From Camelus ferus (Eukaryota): DNA of 64,000 bases. Location of the stretch: the NCBI RefSeq assembly GCF_009834535.1, contig NC_045696.1:35528001-35592000 (forward strand), read 5' to 3'. The notes under the pieces were generated by a model. The model searched no databases, had not been told where the DNA came from, and saw only the letters and a program-made list of their open reading frames with translations. This document shows, one piece after another, positions 1 through 13,169 of this stretch (positions are counted from its first letter, which is position 1; each line of letters starts with the position of its first letter). The translations under genes were made by a program, and so were the position numbers.

Positions 1-1387
1 AACCCACAACCACGGGTGCACAAATCAGGAATAAAGTGAAAGAGAGACTGCTTTACTCTTTCCCGAGCTTGATAAATCTTATTAAAGATTTGTGTGTATA
101 AGTTATCGGCTTCTTGGGCAGAGCATTTCTCATGACCAGGCTCACTGCCTGGGAGGTTTGCCTTAATTTCCCAAAAGAAACGCTCTAAAATGAGTGCAAA
201 TTAACTTTTAAAAACTAGATAGATTTCATTACTCTAAGTGCCTCGTGCTGGGGGAGGGGTGAGGCTGAGCTCATGTTCAAGTGTGTTGAGAACTGTATCC
301 TTCACTTGAGGATTTAAATATGCATCTGACTTGCTTGGTGGTAGTTCAAACTGTGGAAAATTTGAACCAAATGTATATATGGTGGGGTTTTTCCCTTAGA
401 TTTTTAAATAGCAGACTAAGTATCATTTAAATTCCAGGACTAGTCTTTTATTTTAAATGTAAAATTGTTTTTGCAAGTAAATGGCTATGTCAAAGGAACT
501 ACATTGTTTTCTAAACGATTATTTTTTATTAGTTGTGCACATATCTACAAAGTCTGAGTCAGGTAGGAAGCAATATGTTCTCTTGTCCTCAGTAAAGAGT
601 TTTAAAGAAAGACGTTGTTTCTTATTAATGAAATTTACACATTCTGTTTACCGTTCTAGAAAGAGTTAGAGAAAAGGTCAGTAACAAGCAGCTGTTCTAT
701 ACTTTAATATTTATAGTTATTGAATAAGTTATATTCATATACCTCATGCTGTCTATGGCTAATTCATTTTCATACTTTCTTTTATTTTTTATAGCTGTCT
801 TTCAATAATTGGCTTAGACATGCATTTAATACCTGTTCAGAATAAATGGTATCAAAATTTCAAGGAAACTACTCAGTTTGTTTAAAATTCAATGAAGTGC
901 ACTACTAAGTAAGCTGATGTAAGACTTTGCTAATTGGCATTTTTTTTCTTTTTTTTTTAACAACTGAGTTTTCCTTAATAAGGCTATGTGTCACAATCAT
1001 GGACCCTATAATACCTATTTGGTACGATTCTAAAATAAGTGTAGGGCAACTGTGTTATATATTTGACTACTAATTTGTCTTCTTGTTAATTGTTGATCAC
1101 AGTCCTTTTTGCTAAGTAGCCAATGATAATAAAAAAAAAATTATAGTATCTGAGCCCTCAGTATCATTATGTACGTCATTGGGAAAAGTCACTCTAGACT
1201 AAATATGGTAGGAAGAGAGATATTTACTTTAGTAAGAAGAAATGATCTTCATTAACTTGTTAAAACATAGTATCTGACAAAGTTCTGTTATCAGCCTAAT
1301 ATTTGAATCATCTCCTATTCATTCCACTTATAAACTCAGAAAAAATTTATAAAACTACCAGCTACAGTGCCTCAGCATTCCTTGTCG

Positions 1388-1417
1388 TGTGAGTGTGTGT
1401 GTGTTTGTGTGTGTGTG
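1388..1417. repeat. Imperfect (GT)n microsatellite
   Basis: tgtgagtgtgtgtgtgtttgtgtgtgtgtg. Confidence 0.85.
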
Positions 1418-2269
1418 AAAGGAAGCACGGGATAAAAAATTGTATCAAAACAGCTAGATATAGAATCGATGTAATGGTATTTACTTCCTGAAACTGTGAA
1501 TGGGTTTATTTAGTAATGCTCATATTTTGTAATGACTTTTGAATACTATTTCATTGAAAATACTGATGTTTCAGGTAGGAGGCCAGCTGGACTTTTAAAC
1601 AGGACTAAAGGGATAAGTGGTTATAGACAGTCTGTCCACAATCCTGTGGTTCTGTTACAGAGACAGCATCTCAGAGTTAACAGTAATCAATGAAAAGGCC
1701 CCAGAGGATTGAAAAGAAAACCGGGGCTGGAGTTGGGAAAGGGGTGGGGTTATTACCATGTCTCCTCTCTGTTGTACAGCCTGTACAAATCAGAGCACTT
1801 GAGCAGTGACAAGTGATGTTTCTATTCTCATGGATCATTACTGAGTGAACTATTCGGAAGGGGATGACTGCTTTCAGAGAGTCAAGCACGGTATAATTGG
1901 GTTTCAGTTGAACTAAGCAACACATCAATATGGTTATAAGATATGGCTTTGGTACATGAAGGCATCTGCATTGTATTTATGCGTGTACACAGCTATTAAA
2001 TATATAAAGGACATACCACTTTGTAGTAAGTGTGACATAATCACATGTATTACATAAAACATACTAACAATACTATTTTCACTATCTCTGTCTGACTAAG
2101 AATAGGATGGATCTTGAGTTATTTTCCCAAAAGTGGAAACAGCTGTATCCTAACACATAATTATGATCCTTGTGATTGGACTTTTGTATTTTACTTAGGA
2201 GATTAGCTCATGATAATAATAGATATTTACTAAATATCCACCGTGGCATTCACATATCTTTGAAGGTCC

Positions 2270-2620
2270 ATTCATGCAGTCTTTCACTCAGTACTGTTTT
2301 ATTGAACATCTACTCTGGACTAGACATACATTTCAGGTCACAAACCACGGTGAGTAAATATAGACAATATCTTGGCTCCTCTGACATTTTCAGTCTTTGA
2401 GCAAAGAGAAGAAAAATTCAAATAATGACTTTAATCAGAATTGTGATGATGGCCATAATAACCTAATCTCAAAGGTCACTGAGAAGTGACATTTAAGCTG
2501 ATATCCTACAAAAATTTACCGAACACTGACTACAAGCCAGACTGTAATGGGTGTTGGGGAAATAGTAGGAACACAGATGCATATCCTTTAATGTTGAAGT
2601 TATTATTCTTCTTGTTGATT
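2270..2620 (-). mobile_element. L2 LINE 3' fragments (old)
   Basis: cattcat...tttattgaacatctactct... resembles the reverse complement of the L2 3' end. Confidence 0.55.
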
Positions 2621-5139
2621 AATCTTAAAGCTGTAAGCACCTTTTTGGGGGTAGATCCGTAAAAAGCATAGCTCATCTACCATGTGTCTTTCATTCAAGA
2701 GTTTCTTTTCCTGCTTTTTATCATTCTCAACCCCATGAAGGGAATTGATAGATCATTACTCTTAAGGGCATATCATAACTTAATTTGGTGCATGCCATGA
2801 TTTTTCCCATGTTTTTATTTACTATATTGGTATTTTTGAAAGAGCCATTATCAATTATAAGTGCCAGTACTGGGGTTTAAACATAACAAGTGAATAAATG
2901 TGGAAAATATAGTGAGTTATTGCGACACCTACCACAGGCAACCAATAGATTGTCTTTTCTCTGTAGGAAAAAAACGATCCTCTACGCCAAAGCTGAAATG
3001 TGTCATACCTTTTTAAACATAATATGAAGTACTGTGAGCCATGCTGATTTTTTGGGCCATGTTAACTGATACATGAATAATAGGAGCCATTGAGGTTTTT
3101 GCCTTAATTTTTTGGAATTTAAGTTGCATTAATCTTTGATAAATATCAGTTTAACAGTTGGCTGTTTCTGTACTTTACTTGATATGGGAGTAGCCAGGCA
3201 AAAGAATTACTGGAGTTCCAATCAATATAAATAACTACGTTTGGAGGGCAAGTGTAAGGAATTTGCTTTCATATGAAGTAACAGGGCACAAACAAGTTTT
3301 AACTAGTTATTATGGGTAATAGAAATAATTTATTGTGGCAAAGTAGAAACAGCAAAGAAAAAATGTTTAAAGTGATAAGTAGCATCAGGTTTTTTGAAGG
3401 TTCAAGCCCTTGTTCGCCTGAATCTTCATGATATTCTGTGTAGGTAGCTTCCTAAAGCAGAGGGAAAGTGTAATACTGCATTGTTGCTGATGTTTATTTA
3501 CTCAGTGGAGACGGTAGGTGGATACAGCACCTGAATGTGAGAAAGTAACAAAATGTTCCATGCGTGCTTCCACTCATCTTCCCCAGGTGAACCACCAGGA
3601 ATAATACAAGGGGAAGTAAAACCCAATTATATTTTTACTCTGCAGGACGCATCTGTGCTAATTTTCAGATAGACAAATAAATAACCAATCTTTAAATGTC
3701 AGAGCCCTTTTATCTAAATATGCATTTCACGACACTCTAAAGATAAGGAAGTCTGTTTTGCAATATAATTTGGAATCATTTTAAGTTAATTCTGAAATAA
3801 GTAGAAATCAGGGTCTGACAGAAAGTATTCTGGGATTGTTAGGAGAATATGTAATTTCTGTTCTTAACTCGACTGATAAGTTAAGATTGTTGACTGTGTC
3901 ATTGAGCCTCAATGCAGAGCTTCCTTGTGCTGGTCTGACCAGTGTTTTGCGATGAAGACATTTTACTTATGCATTAAAATAATGCAGAAATAAGAGCTTA
4001 AATGAAAGCAGAGCAGAAGCACAATAACTGGATGACAGAATAGCTCAAAAATAGTACACATTTCTATCCCCTTTTTTTCTCCCATATTCTGGTTCTTTAA
4101 CTACAAATCTCATTGTACAGCACAAACACAAAATGAAAGAGAATTTATACTCTATACATATGTGTTTGACACTTAACTGCTACACATTTGAAAGTTCTTT
4201 TTCTTCCCTTTATATAAATTTGTACTAGAATTGAACAAAGAAAGTAATCTAATGAAACAAATGAAGTATGTTTAATTTTCTGTTCTTGATTTCTTTTAAG
4301 AGGTAAAATTGCAGCTCCTCAATTACAGGGTTTACATTAAAAAGAAATTCTGGGAAATTCCATGGACTTTTCTATCCATATTTCTTTTTCAGATTTAACT
4401 TTTAGTCATTTGTCTTAGTGGTATGCTAACGTAAATACAGGACATTTGTTGTAGACACAAATGTCTACATTTATACCAATGTACTCTAAAATATTATCAT
4501 TTTTTTAATACTGGAATTTTATTTAAAATGTTAACATTAATTAATTAATGAGTATTAAATTTATTATAAATTATATTACTAGTATTTATTCATTATATTT
4601 ATGTATCATGTTTATTAACATAAATTTAAGTATAAAATTTCATACATAGGTATGCCAAAATGAATAAAACCAAATCAAAATAATTCTAAAAAATTAATTA
4701 AGTCAAACTTGTATTCAAAACACATGTTTGTTGTTGTCATGGATATATTCTGGATATTTTTTCATTTTTTTAAATCCATATTCATTATCTTTAATAATTT
4801 ACATATTTTGGGAAGTTCTGTAAGTGCACCTTGCTACGTCTTTGATAGTTTTTTTAAAGACTCAAAGAAAATGAGTGGAACTGTCAATCAATGTGAAGAC
4901 TTCAGAAAAATAAACCATTCCCAGCAATAGTAATGAGGCTGCTGATAAACTCAATCTAGAATATTTGAGAATATTTAGATTATATTGAAAACAATGTGAA
5001 TTCAGTGAAAATTTTACTGCCATCAACAGCTTCTCAGATATGAAACCCTAGTGACTTAATTACACAGACAATTTTCACTTTGCTGATTTAAGTCTTCATG
5101 TGATTTCCCCTGATTATTTTCTCCAAGTAAAAAAATGGC

Positions 5140-5565
5140 ATGCTATTCCTTGCTAGCCAACTGATCTTCTAAAAATAAAACCAGATTATATAACCTCCTT
5201 GGACTCATACCTTCAATAGCCCCCTTCAGCCTTGCTTCCTTCTACATCGGAAATGAAATTCTACTTCTTACCATTGCCCAGAAGGCCTGTCCACTTCCTC
5301 CTTCTCAGACCTTAGCCCCTGCCTCTCACGTCCTCACTTATTTTACTCCAACTGCTGTTCTTCCTCTTTTGTTAACATGGAAGTTAGAACAATCATTTAA
5401 AAATATAAGTCATTCATGTTTCTCCTTTCTTTGTTCAAAGGCGGACAGTTGCTAAAGTCATTTCCTTTATTTAGAATATTCTCTGCCACCAGATTGTCTA
5501 ATAGTAGTCTGTCTCTCCATAGCAAGGGCTCAGAATAAATGTTACTCCTCAGAGAAGACGTCCCA
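5140..5565 (+). mobile_element. L2 LINE fragment
   Basis: tgatcttctaaaaataaaaccagattat... to aatgttactcctcagagaag... is typical L2 3' region; appears to resume at ~6620-6830. Confidence 0.6.
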
Positions 5566-5569
5566 TGCT

Positions 5570-6600
5570 GCATTCATTCATTAAATGTTGAAAGAACACT
5601 TAAAATGCTAGGCAGTTGCCTCTGCAATTGGAAAATAACATTGAATGATAGACAAAAATCTCCACCTTAATGATGTTTATACCCTAAGAAGGAAGAAATA
5701 ATACAACAAACTAAATTCACTAGAAAGTAGTAATTTATGGGGAGCAAAATAAATCATAAATGGAGAATAAGAAGTTTTAAGGATTGGGGGTGCAATTTTA
5801 AAAAGGAGGGCCTCACTGAGAAAGCGATTTTTGGACAAAACCCTGAAAGAATTAAGGAAGCAAAGCAGGCTGCTAGACCGAGAGCTTGCCAGACATTTGC
5901 AGAAGAGAAAAGGCCCTGAGCAGGAAGTAATATTGGTGAATTTCATGAATAGTAAGGAGGCCAGTTTACCAGGCGCAAAGTGAAGTAGAAGGAGAAGGGT
6001 GGCAGGTAAGGGAAATAACACAAGGGATGTGGGACAGATCAGGAAGGGCCTGCTGAGACTTTGGATTTTATTCTGAGTGAAATCAGAGCCATTGGAGCCT
6101 TTGAACAGAGGAGGCACATCCTCATCACCCAGTTCTTGCCTACTCTGGCTGCTGTGCTGGGAGGAAGCTGTACGTGGGCAAAAGTGAACCCAGGAAGCCC
6201 AGTTAGGAAGATTTTCAGTAATTCAATCAAGAGATTCAGGAAGGCTTGGAAAATGGTGGCAGCAGTGGAAATGGTGAGAACTTGTAAAATACTGGATATA
6301 TTTTGCAGGTAGAGTTGACAGAATTTGCTGCTGCTTTGGATCTAGGAAGACAGAAAGAGGAGCCAGGATGGCTCCAGGGGTTTTGCTCTTAGCAAAGGGA
6401 AGATGCCATTTGCTGTGATAGGTGACTGCCCATGTGGCAGGTTTGAGGAAGATAACTAAATTATACGGTATGTTTGGAAGTCATAATTAAGCCCTGGGCC
6501 TGGGTTAAGTAAGAAGGAAGGGTGTGCAAATAAAGCAGATATAACGTACAAGAACTGAGCCTTAATTCATTCCAAAATTAAGAGGTTACACATGTGAGCA
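5570..6600 (-). mobile_element. L2 (L2a-like) LINE 3' ~1 kb
   Basis: Begins cattcattcatt (reverse L2 tail) and continues with gactttggattttattctgagtga, ggatatattttgcaggtagagttgacagaatttgctg; explains the overlapping ORFs at 5677-6312. Confidence 0.8.
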
Positions 6601-6924
6601 AGTAAAAGTACTTTTTTTCCCACTCCACTTGCCTGCCCTTCTTAATCTCTGTTACAATCTTAGTATTAATTTCTTAGAAGTTCTTAAATGTACATGAAAA
6701 TCTTATTTATTTTTACATTTACTTAATACCATATTTTGCACACCCTGGCTCATAAGCTTTATAAGAGCAGGAAGATGGTCTGACTTATTCACAAAACCTA
6801 ATCCATGGGGAGCCCTCTAAAAACACTTATAGAAAGAATTAATTCTATAGAAAGAATTAATCTATCCTTGATTTTTAACAAGAAAAACATTGATAGCTAT
6901 GGAATGATTAAGAACAGAAAATTA

Positions 6925-7140
6925 ATAGCTAACATTTATTGAGTGCCTACCATATTTCTCTGTCTTTATGTGTAATAAAGCCATTTAAACTGCAGTACCA
7001 TCCTGGAGGGTAAACACTATTTGCTCGTTTTATAGATGGGAAAACTGAGGAACAGCAATGCTAAATACCTTGCCAAATGTTATGTGGAGCCTACTGAGAG
7101 AATTGAGATTCTAAACCAAGGAATCTGGCTCCCAGTGATA
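6925..7140 (-). mobile_element. MIR SINE
   Basis: aatagctaacatttattgagtgcctac...tttatagatgggaaaactgagg (reverse MIR core). Confidence 0.8.
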
Positions 7141-8724
7141 AAAATACATTTTTTACCATGATAGTGATACTTCTTAGTGGAAGGAAGTAATAACAGTGAG
7201 GTCAATAAAAGGGTGATACTTACAAGGTTTGGAGGTGCTTGTGAGCTGCCCAGTTAAGAGAAAGAGTGGCGTCAGCCAAATGGGAGAAAGGACCATCACC
7301 ATGTTGAGTGACTGTGATATTCTGGGAATGTACATTGTCCAGGTGAGCGAGTTCATCAGACTTCTCCCAAAAAACACTAAGGAGAAAAGAAGGGAATAAA
7401 AGAAGAGTAAGAAAACATATTTGTATTTAGTTTAGCATTAATTATTTTTAGAAGCAGAACATTTTCATAAAGCTTATTGAGGTCAACATCCTTATTCAGA
7501 GAATACTGAGGGGATTCCCCAAATTACATACACTGGCATTGACCTAAATTGGGGTCAACATCTAGAGTCCTACCTCAGCCGTTTCTTCCCCCTATTCCAG
7601 ATTCTCCCCAAATGGAACATTGAACTTGAGTTTTCCTTCAAAATGGAAGAAATTACACCAAATTGTTCATCTTCCATTTTTTTTTCTGACAAATAAAAAT
7701 ATGTCTGAATATGGCAGTATAACAGATTACTAATACAGTTCTGTAGGGATGTGCTGACCTTATAAGAAAACATACCAGAATTTATTTTTGAGGAAAAAAG
7801 TAAAAAGTCACCAAATATGTACATGCTTCCTAACAATAGATGATTTATCAGCAGCTACAAAATAGTACAATTAAAAAAAATTATTCAGCATTCGTATGTT
7901 AATAGTTACCATGACACATAACAACGCCTCACTTACATAGTCAATGTTACATTTTCAGGCTCGGGTATGTATGCATTTGTCTTTTTAATACAATACTTTC
8001 TGTGAGCAAAACATCTTTCTAAATGGACGTGTCATGCCGTTACCTGGTAGGACATGAATGATTACAGCCTAAAACTAGTAATACGCCTTTCTGAAACAAA
8101 TATAGGACTATGATGCTGTATAATGTTGACATTTATAGCCACTTTCATAGACTTTATCTCTAATCCTTGAGTGGATATCGAGTGCACTGTATTCTGCTTT
8201 AAAGTGCCCGTGTGTGGACAAGCACAGGAACTATTCTGTGACGAGTGTTACAGACTTCAGCATTCCATTACTGCAAGTTGTTTCAGAACCAGTGGAGATA
8301 CAGAGTTGGCAATCCTTCTTTGCCAGTAGCAAATGGTGACCATAACCTAGCAATGTTCTCCGATGACAAACTCAACCAAAGGTCCCTATAATTAGCCTGG
8401 TAATAAATACTGTTTATGTAAGCCTTGTACACTACTAAGCATATTAAACTCAAAAGCATCATAATGGTTGCATAAATGATGTTGCCTTTCTTCAGTGTTA
8501 CAGGATAATGAGGTAGTATGGTTTAGAAAGTTGTCAGGATAATTAAAGTTTAAACCTCAAAATAGAAATCGCATTTATTTAACCTGAGAGTGATCGAAGT
8601 TCTTCTAAATGGTTTTAAATGTTCTTTGATCTTAACAAAGAATTCTGAAGATACTTTCACCCTATATTAATGGCAAAGGATCACTTATAGATGTGGTAAT
8701 TATGATATAGCAATTTCTACAGTA

Positions 8725-8910
8725 ACAGCTAATATTAATATAGCACCTACTATGTGACAAGCAAGGTTCCAAGTTTTTACATATGTTAATCTAGTTAGTC
8801 AGCAGCACAACCTTATGAGGTAGCTACTGTCCTTACCTCTGTTTTACAAGCTAAGGAGCTGAAACAGATGTGAGTTGACATGCTCCTGTCACACAGCTAG
8901 TATGTGGGAC
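8725..8910 (-). mobile_element. MIR SINE
   Basis: agctaatatt...cacctactatgtg...caaccttatgaggtag...gtcacacagctagta. Confidence 0.75.
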
Positions 8911-11156
8911 CCACCTCCCATCAGGGATCATTGAAGGTCACAGAGCTGAACTTTTCTGTATCTGAATTCTTTTAGGGTGGGAAATGTGGGCTGGTAGAGA
9001 GAAGCTGGGGCTTGGTTCTGCCTTTTATTCTTTATTCCCACTGACAACCCAGAATGCTGATGAAGTTGCCTTGTGGTGGCTAAATTTGGTATTTGAAGTT
9101 GGTACTAAAACTTAATCAATTTACTTAATATTCTACGAAAAAGAAAGAAATCGTATGTAGTGTATTAAAATAATAAATCCTTTATAATGGGTCCTGGAGC
9201 AGACAGGTTGTGCCAGCCAAGTTTATTTGAGGGCCTTAGGCCAATTTTTAATTTGTTCAATTTCTCTATTCTAAGATATATATGAATATAAATATGTATT
9301 TAATATTTATATTTGATGTACATCTGGTATGTATATTTTAATTTATAGAGCCTCATCGTAGAAATTAAAATTTTATCTAATTTTCTGTGTTCTCCTCAGT
9401 GATAGAAGGTTAAATATGCATAAGGCAGTGCATGTACTGCTGGTGTGAGGTGATGATAAGGAGAACTGAGACTTACAGAGATAAGGGGAGAGGAAATTAA
9501 ATGTGTAAAGAGGACCAAAAAAGCTATAATTCCTATCCATTGCCACTGTGACATTCTTCCCTCCTTTCCACTCAAGTTTGATTAATAGAAGTGGGTCCCT
9601 TTACATTGCTTTATAGTGACTGGTCTTTCTGGGGAGTGAAGCCACTGTGGGTAGTTAAGCTTTCTGGGTTATAAGCATCAGTGAAAGCTCAGCCCAAGAG
9701 GTACCTGATGGAACAGATCATGCTGTCTGGCCTTCAGTGTCGCATTCGTCCTCTGAAATCTCTCCTGTGTCTTATCAAACATAATGTCAAGTAATACAAA
9801 CTGTGACAATGTCATCAGCTCCTAGTTGGACAAGTCTTGTGTTGCTGTCCTAAACATCAATTTCTGTGGAGTATATCACCATTTAAAAAAATCATTCTAA
9901 CCAGGGGCTTCTCTCGAAGTTTTATTATACAATTGTCTATGAGCAAAATTTTATCTTCCCTCATAAACTTACCAGAGTAATGAACATTATTTTACTCCAT
10001 TGTATTGTTATTTACCACAGTCTTTTGATAATTTCTGCCAAACTTGTTCTGCTTTATTTGTCACTTCTTCTCTCTGATGAATCAACATATGGAAATAGTG
10101 TTAAAGTATGATCTCATCAGAGTTGTGTGTTAAGGAAAACAGGTTTTGACATATGCAGCGTGCATGGTTTAGGAAGAGCGGATAGCGCCCCTCAAAAATA
10201 CACTTGAAAATACTGTATTGGTAGTTTATGAAAAAGGAAGTGTGACAAGTGTTCATTAAAATTTCTAATTCTTCTTTTTCTTCTTTTTTGATACACTTGA
10301 AAGCAAAGTATAACCATGTGTTTGGTTAACAGTAAAACTTCTGTTATTGCAAAGGAGGTTGAAGGCCTGCTTACCTGTAAATAAAAATCATATCCACCTG
10401 TCAGTTTTAAGTTAGCCCTGCCATGATGAATTGGTCTTCACTGTTACTGTGTGATGTGTAGGTCAGATAAAAACTAGACAGTAGCCACTCTTTGATAAAA
10501 GGATTTGCAGGCAACGTCTATTCTTAAGAGTTTTGGGGGTGTATTTTTGTGATTGAAGTAAATTAAGCCCACAATCTACATTGTTAGTATAATGATATGC
10601 ATATTTTGTTTGTTAGATATTTTTAGAGGCAATTTTATTTAAGGAAGGAACTGTGGATATCACAAATCGACTGAGCTGAATGGTGCGCGGCCGTGTTCCT
10701 TCCCTGCTAGACTCTATAATCACTCAGATGACTGGCTTTGAGCCTTTTTCCCTGTGTAGCCCTTGTAGTCAGCGTAACGTGTGACTCATCACTACAGTTT
10801 TCTGCTTAGCTAATGAATGAAGACAGGGATCCAAGTCCAGCTAAAGCATGTTCTCACTCTGTGACCACGATTAACCCATTGAACCTCTTCCATCCCCAAT
10901 GTCATCTCATTTAAGTAATATGAGAGTTTGTCTAGACTACTTCTCACTTCTCCTGTCCTTTGATTAAAGGATCTTATAAGAAAGATTATATATCAGGAAA
11001 TAATTACAGAGGAGCAAATTTCAACTGCACATATTTTCATTCTTACTTTGCATTATAGAGGGAAAGAAGTCCACCCTACACTAGGTTCTACAAAAAACGA
11101 AATTGCTGTTTTTTTAATTTGCAAATATTCTCTAAAAATTATGTCTTGTGAAAGAT

Positions 11157-11190
11157 AGAGACAGAGAGAGAGAGAGAAAAATAGAGACAG
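11157..11190. repeat. (GA)n microsatellite
   Basis: agagacagagagagagagagaaaaatagagacag. Confidence 0.7.
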
Positions 11191-12812
11191 TATTTGTATC
11201 AGTTGTATAAATTAACACTTGATTTAGACCAGCCTTCTGTAATAATAATAAGATGAGAAAAGATGAAGGTTATTTGCAGGATTCTTGAGCAATAAAATCA
11301 AAAGGAGAAGGGAGATAGAAGATAACTTATGGTCAATTGTAGGTACTTAAGAGTGAAGAATTATTACTAAATCGCTGGGGACCTTGAAGTGTGATGTTGC
11401 ATGAGATTATGTGTAAGGATCATTTGCTCCATTTTATGACTCTGTCACTTAAAAGATCAGAACTTTCCACCCTGTGAGGCTAAAAGTTTGGCCTGGTGTG
11501 TGGGACATGTGCCAGCTGGCCAGGATAAGTGAAAATATCTGCTTCTTCAATGAGCTTGTGTTAATGTATGAACCTTAGTCTACTTTTTAAGGCAGGATTA
11601 ATCTGGATATATAGTACCACCAATGTCTGGGGAACAGAGATGAATGCAAACTGTCTGGCAACCAAATTAATATTGAATTGATAAACTTATGTTTGGGTGC
11701 CCAATAAGATTTTGGGCTCTCCAGACTGGTAAGTCTAATTATTTCTATAGTTCTAAGCAAGTTGGTAGGAATATGCAGTAGTTCTTTCCAGAAATCATTT
11801 TAATAATGAATGAAGAATTATTCTATTGGGAAGGTAGAGGAGAATAAGGAAGGCACTTATAAAGTTAGTTTACGTAAGCTTTTACATGAAACAGAAAATA
11901 CATCTTACTGCATTGCCTAAAATGCTTTGCTTGTAGAGGCTATATTAAATATCACTGTTTTTTTTTCAGATTTATTAACATCTACAGGATAAAATTCTTA
12001 ATTGTACTATTTGATCTACAGAAAGTATAACCTATCAATTGAGGACTCCATAATTCAAACTAAGTCTGTAAATTCTCCAATATTTAATTTACTTCTCTTT
12101 AATTTTGCTCACACACACAAAATGACTACTGAAATTTATTCCAAATTTCAAAAGTGTTTGATTTGAGTAAACATTTGTGCAAAGGCCTTTTTATAGACGT
12201 TTCATTTCTTTTTTGGGGGGTAGGGTGGCGTGGATAAGTACTAAAGAGTGGACTGGCTACATCATGTGACATTTAACCTTTTAAGAAAGTGCCAAAATAT
12301 TTTCCAAAGTGTTTGAAACATTTTACATTCCCGCCAGCAGTGTATGAGAATTCTGGTTTGTTCACATCCTTGCCAACCCTTGGTACTGTCAGCCTCTTAA
12401 AATTTTTGCCGTTCTAGTAAGTGCATATTTAAGATCCTATTTTAGTTTTGATTTGCATTTCCATAAAGCTGATGATATTGAGCATCTTTTCCTGTGCTTA
12501 TTTTCCATCTGTATATCTTCATTTGTGAAATGTATGTTGAAATATTTTATCCTTTTTGGAGGGGTGTGAGAGCAATTTTTTTAAACCATGATGTTTTGTG
12601 AGTTCTTATGCTCGACACAAGTCTTTCATCAAATATTTGATTTGCCCAAGGAATTTGCAGATATTTTCTCCCAGTCTGTGATTTGCTATTCATTCTCTTT
12701 CTGTAGCACCTTTTGAAGAGGAGAATTTTAAATTTTGATGAAGTCCAATTTGTCAATTTATTTTTTACTGATGGTTCTTTTGCTGTCGTATTTAAGAAAT
12801 CTTTCCCTACTG

Positions 12813-13169
12813 TAGGAGTTTGTAATCTTCTTTCTAAAAGGGCCAGATAGTAAATGATTTAGGCTTTGTAATCCATAAAGTCTCTGCCTCAACCAGTCAT
12901 TTCCCTGGTTAAGTGTGAAAGCAGCCACAAAAATCTATACATAAATGAATGTGGCTCTGTTCCAATAGTTGTTTACTGAAATGTGAATTTCCTGTGTTAT
13001 TATATGTTACGAAATACTACCCTTCTTTTTAAAATTTCTTCAGTCACTTAAATATATAAACTTTTTAAATTAATATAAATATAAATATAAAAAATTCTTA
13101 ACTCACACATCGTAGAAACATAGACATAAGGTTGAATTTGACCTGTAGGCTCTAGCTTGCCAACTCCTC
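12813..13169 (+). mobile_element. MER58B-like hAT-Charlie non-autonomous DNA transposon inserted in the old L1
   Basis: Decayed terminal inverted repeats taggagtttgtaatct ... agcttgccaactcctc; internal aagggccagatagtaaat and gaaagcagcca motifs; L1 sequence resumes on both sides. Confidence 0.8.

Noticed and set aside
5677..6312. Cluster of overlapping ORFs up to 146 aa
   Set aside because: All lie in a decayed L2, with no recognisable protein.
10180..10200. CTCF-like half site tagcgcccctca
   Set aside because: Only half of the core matches.
10423..10500. Box C-like ATGATGA (possible C/D snoRNA)
   Set aside because: No box D (CTGA) or terminal stem at a suitable distance.
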